A stretch of 25,943 bases of DNA from a virus (taxonomy: Duplodnaviria > Caudoviricetes): IMG/VR virus record IMGVR_UViG_3300020138_000016, positions 1-25,943 of that record. One strand, written 5' to 3'. How positions within the stretch are numbered: the stretch's first letter is position 1; every line of letters begins with the position of its first letter. The notes beneath the pieces are model-generated. The model saw nothing but the letters and a program-made list of their open reading frames with translations. It was not told the DNA's origin and made no database searches. The position numbers and the translations under genes are program-made. This document shows, piece after piece, positions 1-8,256 of the stretch.

Positions 1-42
1 CGGGTTAAAGTGGCGTCCCCACGGGGATTCGACCTTAACCCG
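1..42. other. Recombinase attachment (att) site: 42-bp imperfect palindrome around a central AC dinucleotide, containing a tRNA-Glu 3'-end fragment
   Basis: Left arm 1-20 (cgggttaaagtggcgtcccc) matches the reverse complement of right arm 23-42 (cgggttaaggtcgaatcccc) at 16/20. The minus strand of 11-32 reads TCGAATCCCCGTGGGGACGCCA, the T-arm/acceptor/CCA end typical of proteobacterial tRNA-Glu. It lies at the 3' end of a serine recombinase gene. Confidence 0.75.
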
Positions 43-1535
43 GCAGGGTCGCCGATGAGGCGGTTCGCGGCCAGGCGGTAGTGCACCTGGCAGGCCAGGG
101 TGTCGGGATCCAGCTCGACGCGCTCCAGCATGGTGAACAGGGCATGCTTGAGGCCCTCGCGGTCGGTTTCTTCCATTTCGGTGGACAGCGCCACCAGCAG
201 AGCGCGTACTTCGTGCTCGCTGACCTGGTGCCATAGCATCTGCTGTTGGTATTCCGTCTCACGGCTGGTCAGCTCTGCGGCAAGGTGTTCGCGCTGTTGT
301 TCGAGCTCGGCGACTTTGCGCATGAATGGCGCCGGTGTCTCCGCTTGGGCCGCCAGGTCCACGAGGCGGGATATCTGCTTGTTGGTCTCGGCGATGGTGC
401 TGCGGATGCCGACAGTGGGATCCTCGACGCCGGCGGTGGCGGCCGCTCGCGCAGCCTGCGTCAATGCCCGGATGAATGCGGGGCCCTGCAGATCCCGCAT
501 GACCTGGTCGACCACGGCCGATTCCAGGGCTATGGCGGGCACGTAGCGCATGCCGGCGCCGGTACGCTGCCATCGGTAGCTGCCGCGATCGCCGCTCCAT
601 CGCGTGCCGTCAGGCGATTGGAGCAACCCCGTGAGCAGGTACGCTGCACCTCGGTTTCGCACCCGATGGGGCGAGAACGCTTCCAGGCTGGCCAGGATGG
701 TGTCTGCCTGCGCCTGTGTGATCAGGGCGGGGTGCGTATCGCGCTGAATGACCCAGTCGCGGCGTGGCCGCCGTTTTTGGCCGCCCACGTAGGCACCGTC
801 CTTGCGCTCAGCGTGCACGTTCCAGACGGTATGGCCCGCATAGGTGAGCGCGTTCCATTCCAGGCCGATCAGAGAGGACCCGGAGAGCTTCAGGCCGGCT
901 TGCTTGGCGGCCGCGGTGCGCGAGACGCCTTCCGCGCGCAGGGCGAGGAATTGCCCCACGCTGCCGGCAAGCAACGGATCTGGCTCAAGCTTGCTTTTCG
1001 TGACCGCCTCGCCGTCGCGGACGGCGCCAGTGGTATGGTGCGCCAGTCGGTACCCGGTAGGCGCGCGGCCGCCGGCGCGGAAGCCGCTTTTGACGTTCTC
1101 GGCCATGCCGGCCAGGCCCTTGTCGCGGCTGGTGAGGCTGTGCCACTCATCCATGGCGCGCAGGATCGACTTGAGCAGCATCATGGTGATCGGATCGCTG
1201 TCCGGCACGCTGCGGTAGACGACCTCGATGCCGCGCTTGCGGCACTCGACTTCCTCGAAGATCACGGCGATATGCTGCCGCCTGGCGATGCGGGCGGTGT
1301 CCAGCACCAGCAGGGTGTTCCAGCCGCGCTTCGGGTTCCGGATGGCTTGCAGCAGGCGCTGGAAGCCCGGGCGGTGTTCGTCCTTACCCGACTCGACCGC
1401 GTCGCTGAACTCCGCGACGATCGTGATCCCTCGCGCCAGCGCCAGCTCTTTCAGCAATCGGCGCTGCGCCGCAGGGCTCATGTCGCTGCGGTCCTTGCTC
1501 GATCGCAGGTACAGGGCGGCTGTTTTCGTCGTCAT
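3..1535 (-). CDS. Large serine recombinase (phage integrase), 3'-partial: no stop codon before the window edge
   Basis: Manual translation from ATG 1535: MTTKTAALYLRSSKDRSDMSPAAQRR...DAVESGKDEHRPGFQRLL...VLDTARIARR...GGRAPTGY. This has the resolvase YxRxS catalytic motif, SG..RPGF, a DRxxR-like motif and the recombinase-domain PxGY. The frame continues to ...ERVELDPDTLACQVHYR... near the edge, over 510 codons. Confidence 0.93.
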   Translation of the reverse strand, partial: MTTKTAALYLRSSKDRSDMSPAAQRRLLKELALARGITIVAEFSDAVESGKDEHRPGFQRLLQAIRNPKRGWNTLLVLDTARIARRQHIAVIFEEVECRKRGIEVVYRSVPDSDPITMMLLKSILRAMDEWHSLTSRDKGLAGMAENVKSGFRAGGRAPTGYRLAHHTTGAVRDGEAVTKSKLEPDPLLAGSVGQFLALRAEGVSRTAAAKQAGLKLSGSSLIGLEWNALTYAGHTVWNVHAERKDGAYVGGQKRRPRRDWVIQRDTHPALITQAQADTILASLEAFSPHRVRNRGAAYLLTGLLQSPDGTRWSGDRGSYRWQRTGAGMRYVPAIALESAVVDQVMRDLQGPAFIRALTQAARAAATAGVEDPTVGIRSTIAETNKQISRLVDLAAQAETPAPFMRKVAELEQQREHLAAELTSRETEYQQQMLWHQVSEHEVRALLVALSTEMEETDREGLKHALFTMLERVELDPDTLACQVHYRLAANRLIGDPAGLRSNPRGDATLT

Positions 1536-1650
1536 TGCGGGCTTTCCTTTGGGCGCACAGGCGCAACAGCAGCGGCATCAAGCCTTCCACGGCGAGATCG
1601 AGATCGGGGGAATTCGCTGAGGTTACGACGATGGCGGGGTGCTTTTCCAT
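1384..1650 (-). CDS. Small hypothetical protein overlapping the integrase 5' end; possible recombination directionality factor. Alternative call: 41-aa ORF 1532-1657
   Basis: MEKHPAIVVTSANSPDLDLAVEGLMPLLLRL... has AGGA 10 nt upstream. The alternative ORF 1532-1657 has TGATG and ATGA overlaps on both sides. The sequence alone cannot decide between them. Confidence 0.35.
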   Translation of the reverse strand: MEKHPAIVVTSANSPDLDLAVEGLMPLLLRLCAQRKARNDDENSRPVPAIEQGPQRHEPCGAAPIAERAGAGARDHDRRGVQRRGRVG

Positions 1651-1656
1651 CCGCCA

Positions 1657-3549
1657 TCAATCCTTTGCGGCCAGTTCGGCCTGCAGCCATTCCGGCGGCG
1701 TGGCGCGGTGGAAGCGGCACGTTTGCCAGTAGAGGCGCGCGCGGGCCATGACCGACACGCGCGCAAATCGGGCGCCGATGCCTTTGGCCGCCTGCCTGGT
1801 ACGCACGTCGCCCGCCAGGCGCCAGTTGTTGACGGTGGCGGTGGATACGCCGGCGAGGCGGGCGGCGGCGGCCAGGTTGATCCAGGTCGACGGAAGCTCA
1901 CGCGGCGGGCGGGGTGCGCTCGTCGCGGCGCGCTTCAGCTTGGCCAGCATCGGCGCGGTGATGTAGAGCCGCCGCTGATCCCAGCGTGCGCGGGTGATGC
2001 GGATGGTGCCGTCCTTGATGCGGTCACGCACCCAGGCTTGTGGCCTGCCGATTTCGGCGGCCGCTTCGGGGATGGTATAGCCCTGCTGCGAGTTGAGCCG
2101 CTTGATGACGGCCTGCACGGTCGCGAGGGGGATCAGCCCTTCCTGGCGCCAGTGGACGCCATCGAGCAACGTGCGCAGGGCGGCCACGCTGACGCCGACC
2201 TTGGCAGCCGCCTGCTCGATGGTATAGCCGATGTCCTGGCGCAATTCCGCCACCTGCTGGCGCATCACGAGGCGCTTGCCGGCGGTGGCGCGGGCGTTCA
2301 CGCGCTGGTCGGCGATGAAGGCCTCGATCTCCGCGCGCGTGAAGTCGTACCAGCGGCCGGCGGTGCGAATGGAGATCCACGAGCCTTTGCCGCTGCCATC
2401 CGGGTGCTTCCGAGCGGCCCAGCGGGTGGCGTCGGTCTGGGTGATGCGATAGCTGCGGCCATGCGTGCTCGCGCGCAATGCGCCGCTTTGGATGGCGTCG
2501 ATGACCCGCTGGTAACTCTGCCGGGTTTGCCGGGCGACTTCCGCTGGGGTGAGGCCGGGTTTCCACACCAGCGTCAGGTGGCGCTTGGCGCCGTGAGCCA
2601 GGGGCGGATAGCGCTCGCAGTATTCGGCGAATGTTTTGGGTGCGCCGGCGGCGCCCCAGATGGTTTGGCAGGTTGCGCAGCTGGCGGGGTGCTTGCGGGC
2701 CACCCACCGCGCGTGGGAATGCTTGAGGTTGCCCAGCAAGGGCTTGCCGTGCCACGGCATGGGCCTACCGGCGTGGCGATCGGCGACGAGCTTGCGCGCC
2801 ACCTTGGGGTCGACGTACCAGGTGCCGTTCTTGCCGGTATGCACGCCAGGCTTGGCGGGGTTGCAGCGGATGGCCGTGGGGATGTAGCCGGCCTGGGCAA
2901 ACTCCGGCAGTTTGGCGTCGCTGCTGATGCCCAGCGGCTCGCGCAGGCTGGCCAGGTGGACGTAGCCGGGTGGGGCGATCGCGCGGGTGGATTTCCACCG
3001 CGCCCATTCCGCATGCGGGATGACGAAGAGGCGGCCGACGCGGTGGGTCTTGAGTCCCTTGGCGCGGATCGCGTTGCGCACGATTTCCACCGAGCCGATC
3101 TCGGCGGCGGCCTGCTGGATGGTGATGCCGCCGACCACGTCGGTGGCTTGCATACCCATGCGGTTGATGCGGATTTGCACCGATTGCTCGTTGCGCGCCG
3201 CGCCTTCATCGCCCGTAATGCGCTGCAGGCGATCCGTCAGGATGGCCGATATCTCCGGCTTGGCCAGGCGGCCGACCAAGCTGGCGAGCAGCTCGTCTTC
3301 CGGCGGCAGCCACTGGTAGGCGCCGGCGCCGCGGCGCAATGGGGCGGGCCAATCCACAGCGGCTGGTGGTCGGCCGTGCCAGCGTGCAAACAAGTCGGCG
3401 AATATCTCCACGTCCGATGCGCGCGCGCGGGCCGCCGAGCCGGCTGAGCGAGCTTTGCGCACGGCCGCGATGGGTTGGCCGACGATTGCTGCCAGGTAGT
3501 GCGCAGGGAAGCCGCCGCCGGCGCTGGCGACGAAGGCTTGCCAAGTCAT
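1657..3549 (-). CDS. Large DNA-binding protein with about 6-7 tandem excisionase/MerR-like HTH units
   Basis: Repeated units such as GITIQQAAAEIG..., GLTPAEVARQT..., GYTIEQAAAKVGVS..., GYTIPEAAAEIGR..., WINLAAAARLAGVSTATVNNW. ATG 3549 overlaps the upstream stop (ATGA); alternative start at 3555. Confidence 0.75.
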   Translation of the reverse strand: MTWQAFVASAGGGFPAHYLAAIVGQPIAAVRKARSAGSAARARASDVEIFADLFARWHGRPPAAVDWPAPLRRGAGAYQWLPPEDELLASLVGRLAKPEISAILTDRLQRITGDEGAARNEQSVQIRINRMGMQATDVVGGITIQQAAAEIGSVEIVRNAIRAKGLKTHRVGRLFVIPHAEWARWKSTRAIAPPGYVHLASLREPLGISSDAKLPEFAQAGYIPTAIRCNPAKPGVHTGKNGTWYVDPKVARKLVADRHAGRPMPWHGKPLLGNLKHSHARWVARKHPASCATCQTIWGAAGAPKTFAEYCERYPPLAHGAKRHLTLVWKPGLTPAEVARQTRQSYQRVIDAIQSGALRASTHGRSYRITQTDATRWAARKHPDGSGKGSWISIRTAGRWYDFTRAEIEAFIADQRVNARATAGKRLVMRQQVAELRQDIGYTIEQAAAKVGVSVAALRTLLDGVHWRQEGLIPLATVQAVIKRLNSQQGYTIPEAAAEIGRPQAWVRDRIKDGTIRITRARWDQRRLYITAPMLAKLKRAATSAPRPPRELPSTWINLAAAARLAGVSTATVNNWRLAGDVRTRQAAKGIGARFARVSVMARARLYWQTCRFHRATPPEWLQAELAAKD

Positions 3550-4496
3550 CGGCATTCGAGTTCGTCCTCCAGCGCGCGACGGCCGGACATGACTTGCTGC
3601 GGCGACAGGCCGGCGACGGTGGCCAGCAGGCTGACCACGGGGTCAGTAAGCATCTGCAGGCGCGGCGTGGCGATGTCGCGCATGGCGCGGTCCCACTGGC
3701 TGAACGTGGTGGGCAGGGCGGGCTTGATCCGCGGCGCCTCGAGCGCGACTTGCTTCATCGCGTCGGCCATCGGCAGGCGCACTTTCTCCACACCGCGCCG
3801 GCTGAAGCAGAAGAATTCGCCCGGGCCCAGCGCCGCGAGGGCGGCAAACTCGATCTTCGACGACCGGAACTGTGGTGCCAGCGCGGCCCACGCCGCGGGA
3901 TCCTCCTGGCAGCCGATCAGGCTGAGGTTCTTGTTCGCGAAGATGTGCCGGTGCAGCGAGCCGGTGAAGCTGGTCGCGGTCATGAACAGGTCCAGCGCGC
4001 GCTTGCGGCCGCGCTGGGCAATTTCGTTGACCAGGTCCGAGGCGACGCCCACGTCGTTCTTTCGCTTGCGGCTGGCGCTGAACACCTGGCCTTCGTCGAG
4101 CATGACGAACATGGGTTTGCGGTGTGTGTCTGCGGCCTCGAGGATGACCCGCCCGAAGGGAATGAATTCCGTGGCGTCCCGCGCCGAGACCACCACGATG
4201 TTGCGGTCGCGCTTTTCCAGCACGGCTTTCAGCTCGGCGGCATCGATGGACGGGCCGTACATCGATTCGATCTCGCCCTCGGGATCCACCAGCACGCTCA
4301 CCCATCCCTGGCTCGCAAGCTGCTCGCCGATCAGCAGGCCGGCGTTGGTCTTGCCGGCGCCGCTGGGCCCCACGGCCACGACGCGCAGGCCGGTGGTGGC
4401 GTAATCCGCCAACTCGATGAGCTGGCCGCCCAGGTCCAGGTGGGCTTCGGCCAATTCGGTGCGGCGGATGACGTGGCGGGAGGTGGTATCAGCCAT
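3546..4496 (-). CDS. P-loop ATPase, HerA/FtsK (DUF87)-like, 316 aa
   Basis: Walker A GPSGAGKT, LVDPEGE, Walker B MFVMLDEGQVF and the RGRKRAL arginine-finger motif of HerA/VirB4-like ATPases. GGAGG RBS before ATG 4496. Confidence 0.85.
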   Translation of the reverse strand: MADTTSRHVIRRTELAEAHLDLGGQLIELADYATTGLRVVAVGPSGAGKTNAGLLIGEQLASQGWVSVLVDPEGEIESMYGPSIDAAELKAVLEKRDRNIVVVSARDATEFIPFGRVILEAADTHRKPMFVMLDEGQVFSASRKRKNDVGVASDLVNEIAQRGRKRALDLFMTATSFTGSLHRHIFANKNLSLIGCQEDPAAWAALAPQFRSSKIEFAALAALGPGEFFCFSRRGVEKVRLPMADAMKQVALEAPRIKPALPTTFSQWDRAMRDIATPRLQMLTDPVVSLLATVAGLSPQQVMSGRRALEDELECR

Positions 4497-5013
4497 GGTT
4501 GGCCTCCCGCGCGCTGAGCACGATGTCCTTGAGGCGCAGCTGCTGCGCGGAGGAGAGCGCGAACACCACGGCGAAATCGTCAATGACCTGCGGCGTCACC
4601 TGTTCCAGCAGGCCGGCCCGACGTGCCTGCGCGAGGTATTTGCGCAGGTCCGACCAATCGGCGGCGTTGACGCCGCCGGCAGGCAACCCCTGGATTTCCG
4701 CGTGCAACTGGTCGAGGGTGTAGAGGTTGGCAGCGTCGCCAAGATCCGCCTGCAGGCGTTCGTTGAGCAGGGACAGCAGCTGCAGCGGCGTCATGTAGCC
4801 GTAGACCTTGCGGATAAGCGCCTTCTCGGCCGCGGTGAAATCGCGGGCGGCGCCCGCCGAGGCGCTGGACGTTGGCAGAGGGCCGAGGCGGCGGGCGGCA
4901 GGGTGCTGCCGGCAATCGCTACAGATGGCGCGCGCGAAGTCGTCGCGGGGGTGATCCTGCGAGAGGCGCGCGGTGCAGAGGCGGCACTTCACCAGGCCGG
5001 GTTGGGCGTTCAC
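4489..5013 (-). CDS. Hypothetical phage protein with an N-terminal CxxC...CxxC zinc finger, 174 aa
   Basis: GTG start overlaps the upstream stop (GTGA). CRLC...CSDC is followed by a helical domain DFTAAEKALIRKVYGY... Confidence 0.7.
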   Translation of the reverse strand: MNAQPGLVKCRLCTARLSQDHPRDDFARAICSDCRQHPAARRLGPLPTSSASAGAARDFTAAEKALIRKVYGYMTPLQLLSLLNERLQADLGDAANLYTLDQLHAEIQGLPAGGVNAADWSDLRKYLAQARRAGLLEQVTPQVIDDFAVVFALSSAQQLRLKDIVLSAREANHG

Positions 5014-5267
5014 CGACGCACCTCCACCAGCCTGGAAGCGCATTGCGGCAGGCCGCCAGCGACGATGATGTCGCCGTCGGCATCTACCGCGAAGTAGTCT
5101 TTGCCGGTATCCGGGTCGCGCCACTGGACGGCACGTGGATCATTCCAACCGGTGGCGCCAGGCGTTGGCACCAGCCTCGGGAGGATATCGCCAGGCTCCA
5201 CGTGCGGGCATTCGGGGCAGCAATCCCAGTCGCGCTCATGCGCGGCACCACAATTCAGGCAGGCCAT
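5010..5267 (-). CDS. Small Cys-rich hypothetical protein, 85 aa
   Basis: MACLNCGAAHERDWDCCPECP. TGATG and GTGA overlaps with its neighbours. Confidence 0.65.
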   Translation of the reverse strand: MACLNCGAAHERDWDCCPECPHVEPGDILPRLVPTPGATGWNDPRAVQWRDPDTGKDYFAVDADGDIIVAGGLPQCASRLVEVRR

Positions 5268-6427
5268 CAGATGGCCTCCGACGCACGTTGACGGTGTTGC
5301 GCGCTGCCTGCGAATGCGTAGTGGTCGAGGCTGGCTACGAAACGCAGCGCCATCGCGGCGGTCTGGATGGCTTCCGTGCGGACGTCGCCTGTTGTGCTTT
5401 TGTGCGGCTCGTATGTCGCCTGCATCACCGCTTTGGTCAGCTCGCCGAACTCCTCGCCGAGCACGCCAATGGCGTGCAACGGGTCGGTGGGCCAGGTCGG
5501 GAACTTGGCGGTTGCTGTTTCGATTTCCGCCATGACCGCGGGCAGGATGGCATCCACTGCAGTGGCTGGGCCGAGCGCCTGCATGGACAACAGGACCGCG
5601 CGTACGCCTTCGCGAATCGAGGCGTCCAGTACCTCGACCGAAGGGTTACCCTCGGGATGCGTCTCCATCGCCATGCGGGACACGCAGGCAACCTTGTATG
5701 CGTGCACCGCGTGATCCAGGACCGCAGCCGGCGGCGCCGCGCGATCGGGCGGGATGTGCTGCCAGGTCGGCTCGATCGCTTCGCTGTTGTCTTCCGCGCC
5801 CAGCCACTGAGCGCCTTCCTCCGGATACTCGGTGCAGTAGACGTACAGGCCGGCCGGAGCCGTCGGGTTGTCTGGCCAGTGGTTGGCGGGAAAGTACTCC
5901 ACGGTCATGTCGCCATTCGAGCCACCGAAGAACGACAACAGCGTTTCGGCCTGGCCCAGCGTGAACTGCATGGACGTGCGGGGAGCATTCGCAGTTGTCG
6001 GCGCCCTGGAGGCCGTGATGGCCTCACCGCGCTGATGCAGGAACATGCAGAAGTTGGCCACGTCAAGGGGATCACCTTTTTCGACGTGCGCGCGCAACAT
6101 GTCCGACAGTCGCTGATGCATGCCGGGCTCATTGTTGTTCCAGCCGCCGCGACCCTTCGCGCGCGCAGCGGCAAGCTTTTGTTTCATCGACGCCGCAAAC
6201 CGGTCGACGGCATCGTCGTGGGGTAGAACGGGCTCGCCCATGAAGGTCGGACCGTTGGCCTCCTTCGCGAGGTCGCCGACAAGGCGATCGATGGTGTTTT
6301 CGGCCAGGCCTAATTCGTGCGACACCAGTTCGATGTCGGCGCGCCGGGCATCGAGACCTTGCTGGTCATCCAGGTAAATGTCATGCCTTAGGCGATGGAT
6401 GGCATTGTTGAGCGCAGTGGTATTCAT
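5267..6427 (-). CDS. Mosaic phage early protein with a C-terminal MazG-like (all-alpha NTP pyrophosphatase) domain, 386 aa
   Basis: ATG 6427 overlaps the ParB-like stop (ATGA). C-terminus VLGEEFGELTKAV...VRTEAIQTAAMALRF follows the EExxE...ExxD/Q pattern. An internal module reads MKQKLAAARAKGRGGW...KGDPLDVANFCMFLHQRG. Confidence 0.7.
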   Translation of the reverse strand: MNTTALNNAIHRLRHDIYLDDQQGLDARRADIELVSHELGLAENTIDRLVGDLAKEANGPTFMGEPVLPHDDAVDRFAASMKQKLAAARAKGRGGWNNNEPGMHQRLSDMLRAHVEKGDPLDVANFCMFLHQRGEAITASRAPTTANAPRTSMQFTLGQAETLLSFFGGSNGDMTVEYFPANHWPDNPTAPAGLYVYCTEYPEEGAQWLGAEDNSEAIEPTWQHIPPDRAAPPAAVLDHAVHAYKVACVSRMAMETHPEGNPSVEVLDASIREGVRAVLLSMQALGPATAVDAILPAVMAEIETATAKFPTWPTDPLHAIGVLGEEFGELTKAVMQATYEPHKSTTGDVRTEAIQTAAMALRFVASLDHYAFAGSAQHRQRASEAI

Positions 6428-8256
6428 TTCGCACGCCCCTTCGCGGCTTTTTTCTCGGGCGCGTTCTTGGCTTTTCGGGCGGCCGGTTTTTTCGTTACCG
6501 GCTTCTTTGCCGCCTTGGTCGGCGCTGCCGATTTCTTCGGCGGTGCAGCCTTCTTTGCCTTCGGCGCCGACCGCGGGCGCAGCGGTGGCGGCAACCATCC
6601 CTCCGGGAAGTGCTTGAGCGCAGCGCCCGGTAAATTCGCCTTCGCCACGTTCCGCAGCAGTGCCAATTCGACCTCGGGCGCGCCGGCGCCTTTCGCCAGG
6701 TCCAGGATGGCGGCCTTGGGCAGTGTGGCCAGCCATTCCTCGGTGGGTGACCACGCCGCCGACAAGTCGGTTTGCGTCATGTCGGCGAGATCGGCGACCG
6801 TTTCCTTCTTGGAGCCGGCTGATACTTCGACGCCATCGACCTCCCGCGCGACAAGGAAGGCGAGGAGCTTCTCGACGGTCGCTTCGTCTTGCCGGAGGAT
6901 CCACGCACGCGCGTCGCTGCGGTTCCTTGGCAGCAGTGCTTTCCATTCCTTCAGCTGATCATCCATCCGGTTTGCGGCCGGCGCGCGGCCGCTGATCTTT
7001 GCGATGTTGCCATGCATGCGGCCGCCAGCTTCGCGGCTGATGTGGACGAAGGTACGCGAGCCGACCCAACCGTCGTAGAACACGGAATCGGCAAGTTCGG
7101 CGGCCAGCAGCGCGATCGCCACTTTCGGCTTCGTGGACAGATCGAGCGCGATGATGTCGCTAGCCTCGGCCTGAAGCCGTTGCACGGCGGCGAACGACAG
7201 TTCGCCGGGCTTGTGTGCGGGCTTATCCTTGCCGCCGGATACCTTCTCGCCGGTGGCGGCGGTCATCGCCTTGCGGTCTGCTGGCCGTACCAGGCCGCGC
7301 TTGATCTCGGCCTGGCCGTTGTAGCCCAGCGACACGATGGCGCCGGCGTGCGCTTTCGCTTCGGCCGACCACGTCTCCTTGCTTCCTTTGTACTCGCTGG
7401 GCGCATTGCCGAAACCATCGCGGTGTTGGTAGTACTCGAACTTCAGGCGCGGCTCGACCCAAAGCCAACCCTCTTTGCGGATTTTCTCGGCAGTGCGTTC
7501 GAGTTTCTCCAGCGCGAGCTTCTCGGCCAGTTCGGCGTCCATCAGGAAGGCGTCGGCATCGGTGCCGAACATGTCGCGACGCACCTGTCCACCGGCTTTT
7601 TCGTAGGCGGCGAGGCCCACGAATTTTGCGAGCGATGAATCGGCCGCCAGCTCCTGTTGGGTGATCACTTCGCGCAGGCGCCGCGGCTCGCGTTGCCATT
7701 CGTTCTTTGCAGCTTTCCAGACCCGCAACTGCACGGCCTGGTCGTCGGTGAGCGCCAGCGCCATCATCTGCTCGAGGGTGGCATTGCCGGCGCGGTAGTC
7801 GGCCAGGATGTCGGGGGCGACGTTGGCCAGCTTGAGACGCTGGCGCACGAACAGCTCGGACTGGCCGAAGCGTGCGGCGATCTCGGACACGGGTAGCCCG
7901 TCGTCGACAAGCCTCGCGAAGGCGTCGCATTCGTCGGCGGGGTGCATTGCGTGGCGCATGACGTTTTCGGCGAGGCTGGCCTCACGGCTCTGGCCATCCT
8001 CGATCACGCGGCAGGGAATGCCGGCCGCCAGCGTTTCGGGCAGCGTGCCAGCCTCCTGGAGGGCCTGCAGCGCCTTGAGGCGGCGGCCGCCGGCGACGAC
8101 GGCGTAGCCGCTGTCGTTGCGCGTTACCGTGAGGTTGTGGATGAGGCCGTGGTGCACGATCGATGCGGCGAGGGACTCGACCGATGCGCCGCCGGTCTTG
8201 CGCACGTTGAGGTATGTCGCATGCAGCTGCGACAGCGGGATGGCTTGGATGCTCAT
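6424..8256 (-). CDS. ParB/RepB/Spo0J-family protein with a Lys/Ala/Pro-rich histone H1-like tail, 610 aa
   Basis: NVRKT...LAASIVHHGLIHNLTV...VVAGGRRLKAL...SLAENVMRHAMHPADEC is the ParB N-domain with arginine patch. HTH VSEIAARFGQSELFVRQRLKL. AGGAG RBS and ATGA overlap with the RT stop. Confidence 0.88.
   Translation of the reverse strand: MSIQAIPLSQLHATYLNVRKTGGASVESLAASIVHHGLIHNLTVTRNDSGYAVVAGGRRLKALQALQEAGTLPETLAAGIPCRVIEDGQSREASLAENVMRHAMHPADECDAFARLVDDGLPVSEIAARFGQSELFVRQRLKLANVAPDILADYRAGNATLEQMMALALTDDQAVQLRVWKAAKNEWQREPRRLREVITQQELAADSSLAKFVGLAAYEKAGGQVRRDMFGTDADAFLMDAELAEKLALEKLERTAEKIRKEGWLWVEPRLKFEYYQHRDGFGNAPSEYKGSKETWSAEAKAHAGAIVSLGYNGQAEIKRGLVRPADRKAMTAATGEKVSGGKDKPAHKPGELSFAAVQRLQAEASDIIALDLSTKPKVAIALLAAELADSVFYDGWVGSRTFVHISREAGGRMHGNIAKISGRAPAANRMDDQLKEWKALLPRNRSDARAWILRQDEATVEKLLAFLVAREVDGVEVSAGSKKETVADLADMTQTDLSAAWSPTEEWLATLPKAAILDLAKGAGAPEVELALLRNVAKANLPGAALKHFPEGWLPPPLRPRSAPKAKKAAPPKKSAAPTKAAKKPVTKKPAARKAKNAPEKKAAKGRAK

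Noticed and set aside
11-34. tRNA gene
   Set aside because: Only the last 22 nt or so of a tRNA-Glu-like sequence are present; the D and anticodon arms are missing. Treated as part of the att site.
246-3447. Long plus-strand ORFs 246-1751 (501 aa) and 1639-3447 (602 aa)
   Set aside because: Antisense shadows of the integrase and poly-HTH genes, common in high-GC DNA, with no recognisable motifs.
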